A stretch of 64,000 nucleotides of DNA, taken from the NCBI GenBank assembly GCA_964036045.1, contig OZ038378.1, forward strand, positions 6,262,001 to 6,326,000. Direction: 5' to 3'. The notes below the pieces were generated by a model. It saw nothing but the letters and a program-made list of their open reading frames with translations. It was not told the DNA's origin and made no database searches. The position numbers and the translations under genes were made by a program. The stretch comes from Eutreptiella sp. 'Long Island Sound 2002' (Eukaryota; Protista; Euglenida). Below are positions 12,761 to 23,970 of this stretch, in pieces; positions within the stretch are counted from its first letter, which is position 1; every line of letters begins with the position of its first letter.

Positions 12761-14000
12761 GTGGGGTATTGGTCAAGGGTAATGGCCGGAGGCTCAAAGT
12801 CAGAGCAGGAATGTCTGCAATGGCTTCGCGGCCGTGGCCTACCTGCGCAGTGGCGGACCCTTGTCCCATTGCTTTGGAAACCATGCACGATGGAACTAGT
12901 GCAAGCTGCACTTAGTCAGATGGACCCCTCCTCCTCCCCGGGGGATGATGGAGTTCAGGCAGGGGTGTACCAGGCGTTTAGTGGGTTTTTTGTGCCGCAT
13001 ATGGTGTCTGCATATGACGAGATTGAGCGGCAGGGGATTCCTGAGTCGTGGGTAGTGGTGTTGGTACGTACGCTAGCCAAGGAGCTGGGCTCGGCGGCGC
13101 CCCATAGCTCTGCAACAGGCGCGCCTGAAGTGGCTGACGGGGATCCTACTTCTACAGCTGCAAGATGCCCTGTTTCAAATTGTCCCACCAGGTCAAAAGG
13201 CCTACTTGAAGGGCCGCACAATGTGTGACCATATAGCCTCAGTCTAGCAACGCTGGGATACGGGGCCGGGCGAGGGTTGGGCATGTTGGGTCGCCATGGA
13301 CTATAGCAAGGCTTATGATAGTGTCATTCACCCAATGCTGCGGGCTCTTTTCTATTACCTGCAAATCTCCCCAGCGTGGATCCATGTGCTTACAAAAATT
13401 TTACAGGGACCAGTCCTGTTTTTGGTGGGAGGGGATGTTGTTCGTGATGAGGAATTACGACCTGCCTTTGGTATTCCGCAAGGGGATCCTCTGTTCCCCA
13501 TTCTTTTCTCATTGGTGATGTCTATGTTGCGTCCTCACGACGCCACTTTTTGGCTATATTCTGATGACGCCCTCCTGCGCTTCTCTTGCCCCGACCCGTG
13601 TGGCGTGGAGGGTGTATTGTTGCCCGTGCGCGCCTCTTTTGAGGTCAGTACACGGGACTGCAGCTTAATCTTCAGAAAACGAAAGTCCTCATTCAGGGTG
13701 TGGGACCCTGGCCTTCTAAAGTGGGTGGTGTGCACGTGGTTTCTAGTGTCAAGTATTTGGGGACGCTCTTTGGGGATGTCTCTGCCGACCAGGCCTATGA
13801 GCGAGCCCTTGGTGTGGTGGAGGCTCGCTGCACCTTGCTTTCTCGCATGCCTCTGTCCTTACGTGAAAAAGTCCAGTTAGTCCACCAGTTAGTGCTATCC
13901 GGTCCTCCAGGTCACAGTTGTGGCCTATTTCCCCCCCCCCCCATCGGTGGTAGTTCGGCTGAAGGCGGCGCTGCGTGTAGCATTTGGCGTAGTGGGTAAT
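12761..14000 (+). pseudogene. LINE ORF2 reverse transcriptase domain (frameshifted)
   Basis: SSPGDDG, MDYSKAYDSVIH, GIPQGDPLFPILF, LYSDD and VKYLG (in another frame). Confidence 0.85.
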
Positions 14001-15294
14001 TGGAAGCTCGCCTTAGACATCTTGCACCTCCCCCTCGCTGATGGAGGACAGGGTCTTTTGATGCCCGATGCGTATTTGTGGACTGCGCATGCATCCACCT
14101 TTTGGAGGTACCTACAACAGCCCACTAGGATTGGCCTTTCGCAACGTACGGCGCTTCGGGATTGGCTTGCCTATAAAGGTATAGTGCATAACACCGCGCA
14201 ACTACACCTTTTGCAAATGTCGCCTTGCGCTGCATGCAACGCCCCGTGGCTGGTGTATAGCGTCAAGGCTTTTTCTGGTCTGAACCGTCTGCGGTCCAGG
14301 CTCTCCCTGTCCTGGCAGGAGATTGCCTCGGCACCCCTCTGGAATAGTTGTTTGTTCACTGTGGGGAATAAAACCGTCACGTGTCGGTATCTCATCTGCC
14401 TGTCCATCCTCCGGGTTCGAGACTTGGTGGACTCGGGGGATTGGGTGGTCCGCCTTTTGCCCGAACATCGCGAGGTCCACAGGCTTAGGCACGCGGCGTG
14501 GGATAAGTTCTTCGGTGTCCTTCGGTCTCTGGCCCGGGCGTGGGAGTCTAAGCTCCCAGTCATTGGCTGCCGTAGTCCCCACAATTTTGAGCGTGGTTTG
14601 TGTTTCACGCCCCTCTCTCAAGGTATTGTGTGTGCGTTGCGTGAGGATCGCTGACAGGACACTAACACCTGGCGTGCCTATCACCGCCTGTGTTTGCCCC
14701 CCGCGGACTTGGAATTTATTTATACTGCTGTGTGGAAGAAAACGGCGGTGGGGAAACGCCTGCACAGCATATTCCCAAACATCCCCGACAAGTGTCCGAT
14801 TTGTAGTGCGGTGGAGGACGTGTACCATCGTACCAAGGCCTGTCCCTGGCTCATGCTACCCGTGCGTGTGCTCTACAACACTTTTTTAGCGGTCCACTCA
14901 GCGACCGGCAGGGCGCCCGTCAGTAGGTTGTGCAATGATTACCCCACCCTATCCCTGACCAGGGCGCCGGGCTTGCTACTCTGGAAGTCGGTCAGGGTGC
15001 TTTGGCAGCATTGCTGTATGGTGCAATTTAGGGGGGGGGTCCCCGACCGCCCCTCCTATGTTCGCATGCTACACTCTTAGACCGCTAAATGGCTGGAGGT
15101 TCCAGAGCTCTCTCTGGCACATTCAGCGGTGCACCTGTTTTTGCAAGGCTAGCTCCTGGATGGCGATGTCCCTGTACTCCCGGGGTCAGCCACTGACGCT
15201 CCGAAGCGCCCTCTAGCGCGGTCGGCCCCAGCACCTGACCCACACTTGCTCCGCCCCTTTCGCGGGGATAAAGCGGGTCGCAAGCGAGAACCCC

Positions 15295-15709
15295 ATGCGG
15301 GGCGTGACCGTGAAGAGGGGGGGGGTGTCGCAACACGTCCATGAGGTATTTACTGATAGTGCATTCTCTGAGGAAGCCCCCGGCATTGGCTTTGCAGGTT
15401 GTGGCGTGTGGTTTGCACCTCTTGATGCAAAGAATATTTCTTTCCATTTGCCTAGCCTTGAACAGACCAATACGAGGGCACAAATGCTGCCGGTCATCAC
15501 TGTGCTGCACTGATAGTAAATACGTATATGATGGAGCTGTCACCTATCTCCAGCGCTGGCTCCTCCTGGGCCGACATGTTCCGCATTGGGACCTTTGGGC
15601 CCAATTGCGGGACAGTCTGGCCTCACGCATTGTCCCCACTAAATGGCGGCACGTCTCCAGCCATGTCGGGGTATTAGGTAATGAGCGGGCAGACTCCCTA
15701 GCTAATTAG
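15295..15709 (+). pseudogene. RNase H1-like domain at the C-terminus of the LINE ORF2
   Basis: VFTDS, GCGVWF, EQTNTRAQM, CTDSKYVYDG and WRHVSSHVGVLGNERADSLA; split by a frameshift. Confidence 0.85.
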
Positions 15710-16084
15710 GGGCGTCCGCACCACCCTGAGCGGGCTCGGTTTCTGCTTGACCAACGGGCGCGACAGGGACAGGGTCCAGTTGTTCTGTCCTCCTAGAGGG
15801 ACGACCTTTTGCACCACCCTCCCAGCCCTGTACTGGTTTGGTGCATTTCTTCCTCTTGTACCTCACTCTTTAGTCAGCTTGTTTGTTGCAGCTTTTCCGC
15901 ACCCTCTCTTCTGTTTGTTACTTGTGTTGTTGTACCTTTCTCATCTATGGTTGGTTGGATGGCGGCACCGTAGGGGCCAGCAGGGAAGGCATGCCAGGGC
16001 ATGCCAGCCCTCGTTACGACTTAGGAACACTGTAGCCAGCATGCTGACCCCCCCCCCCCCCAGCTGTGACGTCCACAAGGATGC

Positions 16085-16326
16085 ATGGGGCTGGGCTGTA
16101 GGGAGAGGTAGCGCACACGTGCATGCAATGTGTGTCTTGGTGCTACATGGTGGGGTTACAGGGCCAGGAGCCGCGGTGTGTTGGCAGCACCCTGTACATA
16201 TGGATATCATGAGCCTCGTGGGGCTGCCCCCCTGCAAGGCCGAACACCGAACTGATGGTTTGCAGTAGTGGTAGGAGGAGGAATGTTGAACCTGGCAATT
16301 AGAGCAAGATTGGAATTGTTACCTTG

Positions 16327-16361
<35 letters not shown>
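16085..16361 (+). mobile_element. Short element (SINE or LINE 3' end) terminating in CCTTGG(CA)n
   Basis: Related copies lie at about 20205-20300 (partial) and about 20450-20713. They share GAACTGATGGTTTGCAGTAGTGGTAGG..GGAATGTTGAACCTGGCA..ATTGGAATT..CCTTGGCACACAC. Confidence 0.75.
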
Positions 16362-16364
<3 letters not shown>

Positions 16365-16582
16365 CGATGTAGAAAGATCGGAGCTGTGTGTTGTTTGAGC
16401 AAGAATGAAATCGCCCACCCGCCCTCCCCCCCCTCCCGCGACACGCACACCCGCATTCTTGTTGTGGTGGTGGTTGTGCCTGTTGTGGTTGTTGTTTAGA
16501 ATGGTATACACTACTGAGAGGCGTCTTAATTTGAACTTATTGGTCAAGGGTCGTAGCCGACGCACTTGTAGAAAAGCTCAGA

Positions 16583-18253
16583 ATGAGCGCGCGCGCACAC
16601 ACACACACACACACAGCGAACCCCATCACAGGAAAACGCCTTGCGAAGCGTCTCACAAAGATGGGGGTCCACACAGCCACTGGGCTGGATGGGTGGTGTG
16701 TGTCTGACCTGCTGTTGCTGCTTGTCTACCTGCTGGATATGCTCGCAGAAATCCTGCACCTTGTCGAACAGACGGGCTGCTGGCCCAGTGTTTTGGCCAA
16801 GGGATATGTCTCATTAATACCAAAAGGGGAGGGTATGCTGCCCATGCAGCAACGACCTCTGTCTGTTTTGTCCCAAATCTACAGGGTTTGGGCAGGAATT
16901 CGACTGGAAGAGTGTATGCTGTGGCAGGAACAATGGATCCACCCACATGCATATGGTTTTAGAAAGAAACGGGGGGCCACGGACGCGGCCGCCTTCATTT
17001 CAATGCTTATTGAGCTTCACAAGCTCATGAAAACTGTTTTGCACGGCTTCGGGTTGGACTATATAAAATGCTTTGATCTCATACCGCAGTCTATCGTACT
17101 ACACATTGCCCTCACACAAGGAATGGACCTGGGGACACACAGAGCGCTCACTGCCATGTACCACACACTCACGAGGTGTTTCAAGATTATGGGCTGCTGC
17201 GCCAGTTTTTTCGGCGCCACGAACGGTATCCTCCAGGGCTGCCCGCTAAGTGTCATACTTATCAACCTGATGACCAGCGTATGGAAACGTGTGCTGGATG
17301 CCCAGCAGCAAGGCATTAAAGTCACAGTGCAGCGGCTTCCCCCCGGGGACCAGCCAGCGCAGGCCCTGCATTACATTTTGACTGCCCTAGGGTATGCGGA
17401 CGACACCTATGGGTTCGCTGTAGGGAACTCCACACTCACCCCACTGCTGGACCGCACTTCCACCTGGCTAGACGACACAGGACAGGGTGTGAATGCCAAG
17501 AAGTCGGTCGGTTTTTCATCGGATGAACGACATCCAGTGCGAGCTGCACTGCAGGGGGTGCCTTTTCCCGTTTCGTCCGAGTTCAAGTCTTTGGGCGCAG
17601 GTGTTCGCACCGCTGATGTCACCTGCTCAGGGCCGCTCATACTGAAACGCATCTCCAAGGCCTGTAGTCTGCTCGACAGGGTACATGGTGCGCAGGGGAA
17701 TTTTGAACGCCGGTGTGATGTCATCTCCACGATGATAACAGCCACAGGACTGCATGCAGCGGAGATAGTGCCCCTGCAGCCTAAGGACCTGCCGCCCTTT
17801 GAAGCAAAGGTCATGAAGACCATATGGGGCCCATCCCGACCGGGCAGGGCTAAAGAAATTTTCTTTACGCTGCTTTGCAAGGGACACAGGATTGCGCCGA
17901 CCCTTGTGCTCAAATATCACCGTATCCTCTGGCTGGCACAACTGTGCCGCACCAGGGGGGCGGGCCAAATCACCGCACAGGCCATCTGGGAAACGGCCCA
18001 AAACCACAGAGGGTCTGGCCCCTTTGGGCGGGCCATGCATACAGCGCACGAATGTGGGTGGGTGGCCACGCAAGGATGGTGGGGATGGACAGTACCCGGA
18101 CGAAGCGACCCCCTCCTCCTTTATGGAGACAAAAACATAGTGAAGCACGAGGTGCGTGAACAACTCCGGTCACAAATGTTGGACAACCTAGTACCCGGCT
18201 TTTTACGGGAGCTCACTACACCACGTGCCGGCGCCTGGTCCAGCCCAGCATAG
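16583..18253 (+). CDS. Non-LTR retrotransposon reverse transcriptase (partial ORF, element probably inactive)
   Basis: LIPKG..QRPLSVLS, YGFRKKRG, LDYIKCFDLIP, GILQGCPLSVILINL, LGYADD and FKSLG are RT subdomain motifs. Confidence 0.9.
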   Translation: MSARAHTHTHTANPITGKRLAKRLTKMGVHTATGLDGWCVSDLLLLLVYLLDMLAEILHLVEQTGCWPSVLAKGYVSLIPKGEGMLPMQQRPLSVLSQIYRVWAGIRLEECMLWQEQWIHPHAYGFRKKRGATDAAAFISMLIELHKLMKTVLHGFGLDYIKCFDLIPQSIVLHIALTQGMDLGTHRALTAMYHTLTRCFKIMGCCASFFGATNGILQGCPLSVILINLMTSVWKRVLDAQQQGIKVTVQRLPPGDQPAQALHYILTALGYADDTYGFAVGNSTLTPLLDRTSTWLDDTGQGVNAKKSVGFSSDERHPVRAALQGVPFPVSSEFKSLGAGVRTADVTCSGPLILKRISKACSLLDRVHGAQGNFERRCDVISTMITATGLHAAEIVPLQPKDLPPFEAKVMKTIWGPSRPGRAKEIFFTLLCKGHRIAPTLVLKYHRILWLAQLCRTRGAGQITAQAIWETAQNHRGSGPFGRAMHTAHECGWVATQGWWGWTVPGRSDPLLLYGDKNIVKHEVREQLRSQMLDNLVPGFLRELTTPRAGAWSSPA

Positions 18254-18342
18254 CGACCTTTGCCACAGAGCTACAGCGTTCCATACTGCGGGGCATCCTT
18301 TCCGGAGCCACCTGGACAGCCCTCCGGGCTTATCAGCGTGGC

Positions 18343-19380
18343 ATGAGAGCCACATCCACGTGCCCATATTGTGGCAACGCTCCGGAAAACGAGGAGCACA
18401 TTTTTCGGCAGTGTTCAGCCTGGAGCGCGGTGCAGGACACCCACCTACCGGGCATCAAGTTGGCGGCAGCGCAAGTCCCAGGCCTTCCCCTCATGGACCA
18501 GTGGTCCCCATGCTTACGACTTTGTGGACTAGCCCCAGAGCTGGACCCAGACAGCGTCAAGTCAGGGACAGTGCTGGCTTTCCTGACAGCTCTGCACAAT
18601 ATGTTAGTGGCCGTCTTGCAGGCCTGCAAGTTACGAGACACACAATCCCCCATGCTTTTTAGGGGGTCGAGCCTCTCACAGCAGCCTCGGCAGTACCCGT
18701 ACCACCAACTGGTGGGACCCCTCCCCAAACCAGAAGACAAGGGGTTACTTCTTTTACGCACCCCCAAGAAGGTGGAATGGCAATGGGAAATGCCCTTTTT
18801 AGCAGACCTGCTGCGATGGCTTAGGGAACTACACTGGGCCCCAGAACCTGGCACAGTAACGTTCCTGGAACTCGCACTGGACTTTGAAGAGTTTGCGCAA
18901 CGCACTCTCCCACACGCACCACAGGCGAAGTTTAAAGGCACAACTCTCTCACTACAGGAGAGAGGTCGGGTCTTGCGACTGGCAATGGCAAATGCGCAGC
19001 GCCTGGTCACCAAAGGCCACCTGCATTTTGCGCGTGTGGTCACACGCTGCAGCTCTTTAGTCCCTCTGGGGGGGCCAGCACTTTGCGGCCTGAACAGCCG
19101 CCCCTATTTTACTTGCCGCAGTGCCATGAGCACACACATTCAACAGTTAACAGCATACTGTGAGCGCACATGGGCCGCCAAGGTTGGTCTCAACAGAATA
19201 CACAAACTGCGTCCATACACACATAGGCCACGCAGAACAGCGCAAGAAGTGGAGGAGCATCGACTGCGGCGTGCACTCCAGGGGAACCTGCAGTTGGGAC
19301 TGGCTCCGTCCTCGGAACAGACTACTTTTGCCAAAGGGGGGAGGGCTGCTCCTCCTTTGCAGCTGACTTTTTCCCTGTGA
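18343..19380 (+). pseudogene. C-terminal part of LINE family B ORF (zf-RVT-like CCHC motif and FLELALDFE domain), frameshifted from the RT ORF
   Basis: CPYCGNAPENEEHIFRQC, LRLCG and VTFLELALDFEEFAQRTLP; homologous to 9157-10140. Confidence 0.8.
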
Positions 19381-20204
19381 TAGGAGATGGGAAGCTTCCA
19401 CAGCGCCCCTATACCGGAACACGCAGGCGCGCGAACACACACAGGGCGCCACAGCCAGCGCCGCCGGCTGATTCGTCTTAGTGCGCCCGGCACTCGGCTA
19501 CTGCGTGCACGACCTGCAAAAGACTTCGGCGCACAGCTGAAGCATGCTGTGCGCTGGGACACCACGCTGATGACCACGTAGCACGCAGGCCACAACTGCA
19601 ACTATGCCCACTGCATGGCCTGCCACCATGCCCGAGGTGCACACTCAAGCAAAGGGGAGTGCGCCACTGCTGTCAGCGGGGACACCATAAAGTGTGCACC
19701 CCAGTGCCTGTGCGCCGGAAGCGCCCACTTACACAGTCGCAACTGCCCAACAAACGACCATGCCTGCAAGGGCCTGCACGTATCTCCACGGGTCTGCTGA
19801 GGTCCCCACACCAACCCCCCACCCCTCCAGCCCCCAAACGCCGGAGGCCGAAATCACCCCCCCCTCCGTCCCCGCCAGCCCCAGTTCCACGGGGGCTGGA
19901 GGAGACCGTGGCCGAGGATGTCGCACGCCCGCTTTTCGTGACGAGGCACGGGAGAGCAAACACTCTGGATACCTAGCCAGCAAAATACAGAGGTTCTGAT
20001 TCCGCAGAAGGGAGGGAAACAACGTCACAAAGAGGCCTCAGCGGACCTGAGCCAAATGAGGCGTCCTGCCCTACGCTGCACAAGGATCCACCTCTAAAAG
20101 CATAGATCACACACACACACACACACACACACACAACCACCCACTCAGCCCCCCCCCCCACCCCGTCCACACCCACACCCACCCACCCACACATACACCC
20201 ACCC

Positions 20205-20713
20205 ACCATGAACTAATGGTTTTGCAGCAAAGTAGGGATGTAGGAATGTTGACCCTCGCAGTTTGTGAGCATGATTGGAATGGATGCCTTGGCGCACACA
20301 CACATGCCCGCGCGGCGTAGTGCGTGGGCTTCGTGACATGGTCAATGAGTGTCTTCCTACCATCTAGCGCCTGCTGCTCCTAACCGGGGGTAGAGGTTTT
20401 ACTACGCTGGGAAGCTCCCTCCCCCACGCCGTCTTTCATAGGGACACATCGGGATGGTCTGTGGGGAGAGGTAAGGCACACGGCTCGCAATGTGTGTCTT
20501 GTTGCAACGTGGCTGGGTCGCAGGGCCATGAGCTGCGGTGTGTTGGCAGCGCCCTGTACATATGGAGATCCAGAGCCTATATGGGCTGCCCCCTCAGGGC
20601 TGCCCCCCTCAGGGCTGAACACAGAACTGATGGTTTGCAGTAGTGGTAGGATGTAGGAATGTTGAACCTGGCAGTTTGAGCATGATTGGAATTAATACCT
20701 TGGCACACACACA
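20205..20713 (+). mobile_element. Tandem copies of the CCTTGG(CA)n-terminated short element
   Basis: Two matches to 16240-16330, each ending in CACAC. Confidence 0.75.
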
Positions 20714-20714
20714 C

Positions 20715-21440
20715 GCACGGCACCGCAGGCCGGAGACACACAAGCGGCGGCGAAAGACGTGGGTGTGCGAGGCACACGGACACCCACCGTGCAGAGCGTG
20801 CGCGCTGGCACACAGGGGAGTACGGTACTGCTGTGCCCGAGGGCACCAGGGGCACCCGCGGGTGCCTGCGATGTGCCCCCCTGCCGCGGGGCGAGCCCCC
20901 ACCCCACTGCGCCGCCTGGGGACGCGCAGAGCCAGCCAGAGGACTCCAGGGCGGGGGGGGGGGCAACCCCCAGCCCCCAAGAAGCGCGTGACGCACACGC
21001 CGGTGAGGGGGGGGGGGGGGGGCACACACCAGGGGCGGCCGGCGCCCAGAGCCAGTCCCACCTCCGGCGCGCGGGGGCGAAGCGACTGAGGGGAGAGACA
21101 CCTCCCCAGGACGGCCCGCCGGGCAAGCGAGCACACCGGCCGGAGCGGCACGGGCGTGCAGGCACTGAGGTCTCATAACCCCCAGCCGCCAGAGGCTCTG
21201 GCCTAGGCGAGGGTGACGACACTCAAGGGGGGCCAGTGCAGTCATGATGATTCTCATCAGACATCCTTTTTGGCACAGGCCCCCTCCGCTGGGCGCCCAC
21301 CCCTGGACCCATGCAGGCCTTCCTCTTTAATATGGCATTCCCCCTACCTTGGCACACACACACACACATGCACATGCGTGTGCACACACCAACACCCACC
21401 CACACACGCACACACACACACACACACGCACGCACACACA
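20715..21440 (+). mobile_element. 3' fragment of LINE family B (copy 3) with (CA)n tail
   Basis: Carries the Cys/His module at 20766-20847. Its 3' motif CCCTGGACCCATGCAGGCCTTCCTCTTTAATATGG matches CCCTGGACCCATACGGGCCTCCCTCTGTAATATTG near 10945-10977. Confidence 0.7.
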
Positions 21441-22311
21441 CTTGAGACATGTGTTAATTTTTGTCAACCTGAAAAGGAACCACGGAGCGGCGCCAAGAGT
21501 CTGTACCCATGCCACCGATGCATAAGAGGGCATTTTGCCAAATAAAAAAGAAGGGAAACAGCAACGTGTGCCCGAGTGCACCTCAAACGGGGGATAACAG
21601 CCACCAGTTTGGCACCTAGTTTGCGCTTTCCGTAGAGATTTTCATATGTTACGTTCATACCCAGAAAGAACAAACACAGCCTACACCTATTTGCAATCTG
21701 CCATTTTTTTCGGGAGAAATTCGTTTGGATTACTTGCCCATTTGCACCAGAACCACCCCACACCATCCTGTATGCATGCACCCCTGCATGTTTGAGGGTG
21801 GGATTGGGCATGCGCAACGGAGCACGTAGCCTTAAGCTAATGCTGATACTGTCACACGACGCTCCACAGCTGAAACTGATGAGTTGGCTCCCGTGGCGGT
21901 GGTGCCAGTCCATGACGGTTCACATCAATAATGGAGGGAGGAATCTCATGTCATGCAACCCCTATCCTATTTTCTCAGGTGAGATGCGCTGCCCTGATAG
22001 GACCCCACCCCCTTGAACAATAGTCATTTGCGCACCATGGAGCAGGCACCCCGTCTCCCCTCCATGCGTCCGCCCTGTCCATATACCCATCTGATTGCCA
22101 CAGGCTGTGTGATGGTGTGGGATTTGGGGGTGGGGGGGGAAGGGCGGCACAGCCCAGACCCTGTGACAATCCAAGTATAACCTGAGTCCTCGTTCTGCCT
22201 TCTGCCCTTGCATCCCTGTCACAGGGCCATGCAGTACCAGCCCCACAGCCCGCGTCCCATGTTGCCAATTATGCCGTCAGTTCTGCAGCACAGTTGCCAT
22301 ACGCCGCACAG

Positions 22312-22435
22312 CCGCCCATGTGTGCCACATCGACTGCACCCTCTGCCCGAAACTGGGGTCTGCATATCAAACCCGCTGCTTTTGGGGATGAGAACGTCTA
22401 TAAGCCATCTCGGAAGAGGCAACGGGTCCCTTCAG
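22312..22435 (+). CDS. Candidate internal exon, unknown product
   Basis: CACAG acceptor and CAG|GTATG donor; reads PPMCATSTAPSARNWGLHIKPAAFGDENVYKPSRKRQRVPS. Phase-compatible with 23882. Confidence 0.3.
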
Positions 22436-23881
22436 GTATGCGGCACGGCGATTTTGTGTGGTCTCTTAGTCGTGGGAGCAGTTGCATGGGGATGCGTAGC
22501 TTCCATGTGTGTGAGCCGTTGTGTCCCGCTGTGTGTTCGGAAGCGCATTTCCATTTGAATGTGTTTTCGGGGTCCTTGCTGGCTATTGTGGAAGCCACGT
22601 CGGACTGGTGCTAGTTGATGCGTTTCATGAATGCGTCTTGGGTGCGGATCCCCCTGGTTCGGCACCCCTAAAGTAGCTACAGCCACCAACCTACCCATTC
22701 CCACACACATCTCTGTAAAATAAGTAGGTTTTCTCTCAATTTTACATTTTCGCATTTTTCCCCTCAGTAAAGACTGGGTGAACCCACCCCCCTTTTTTTT
22801 TCGTTTTTTTTACAGAATAGAAACACCATGTCTCATGGGTTCTTGTTGAGTTTCTTTACCGACTGAATGCTGAGGATTTGTGGAAATGTTTAATTCTCTA
22901 AGCACGGACTAATTTCACGCAATGATAAATTTCATGCACAGACAACCCAGTCTCTCTATTATGTTTCTTTTTGCACTCTTCTTTTGCAGATGCCATGTTC
23001 AGTTTGCACTCATATTTATGTTGAAGTTATCCCCCGTGGCGGTGGCTGTTTTGCTGCTGAAGGCCACCGAAAAAGGGCAGAAATGTGAGTAATATTATCA
23101 TTGCCCCTTGGCGGCCTGTTTGATGTGCATGTCAAGTGTCTAACACCTAGAGACATATGACATGTAACATTTGGCTCCACTGTTCGTTTTATGAAAGACT
23201 AGTTCTACACTGGCACACAATTTTGCAAAGTGCCCTTTGTCCTTTGTGTCCATTCTTTGCCCCGCTTCGTGCTGTGCTGCTTACGCATTGCATGCCATCA
23301 CTAAAATTTGTAATGCTGATACTTTGATAGTGATTTCAAATTTCGTGTGAGACTTCTCACATCTGTCACATGCAACAATGATTTTTTGTTATTGACTTGT
23401 GTGTGTGTATTTGCTGAGACCTAGGGTTTATAATGTTGTCTCCCGAAGCCGAGGATTGCATGAATATTCTATTGCAGTTTCAATGGAGGTATGGGGGTTT
23501 GTGCACCAACATGTTTTGTTGGAGATGGAGAAGGGCAAGTAAAAAAAAACTACAAAAAGTCACATGCGCTGAATTTTCTCTGGTTTTACCGAATTGTACT
23601 CAATTATGACACAGTGCACTCAGCATTGCTAGATGCCCTGCCAGGACTTTGCGCTAGCTGGCCCACAATTCGGGGCCCGAGGCGTGAGGTTCTGATGTTC
23701 AAGGCAGAGAATGACCAGCAACAGAGCTGCAACATGCACAGATGGTTTGCTGCCGATCATTTGAGCCTTGAAATTTGAGCCATTAAATGAATTGATTCTT
23801 GGGCACAACAATCTTTCCCTTCTCAACCCTGATGACAACCCATCTCACCCAAACCCATGCTGCCTTCTGCCTCGTTCACAG

Positions 23882-23970
23882 AGCTGGAGCGGTGCATGTA
23901 TGCAGCCAGGCCCTCAGAGGCCCAGCAGCGCTTTGACAGTATTGTATCGCAGCAGCTTTCAGCCTGGAAG
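23882..23970 (+). CDS. Candidate internal exon, unknown product
   Basis: TTCACAG acceptor and AAG|GTACG donor; reads (E)LERCMYAARPSEAQQRFDSIVSQQLSAWK. Confidence 0.35.

Larger units (their letters stand above)
11079..15720 (+). mobile_element. Degenerate L1/Tx1-like LINE: ORF1 remnant + APE endonuclease, RT, zf-RVT and RNase H
   Basis: The domain order is read from successive ORFs 11357-12295, 12761-13880, 13920-14654, 14694-15080 and 15295-15709. There are many frameshifts. Confidence 0.85.
16362..20134 (+). mobile_element. 5'-truncated non-LTR retrotransposon (LINE family B, copy 2) flanked by (CA)n tracts
   Basis: RT ORF plus a C-terminal ORF; (CA)n at 16329-16361 and 20109-20134. Confidence 0.9.

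Noticed and set aside
17278-17310. Hammerhead ribozyme core (CTGATGA...GAAA)
   Set aside because: Stem II does not pair properly, and the sequence is RT coding (LMTSVWK). CTGATGG...GAAA near 56136 also lacks the core and stems.
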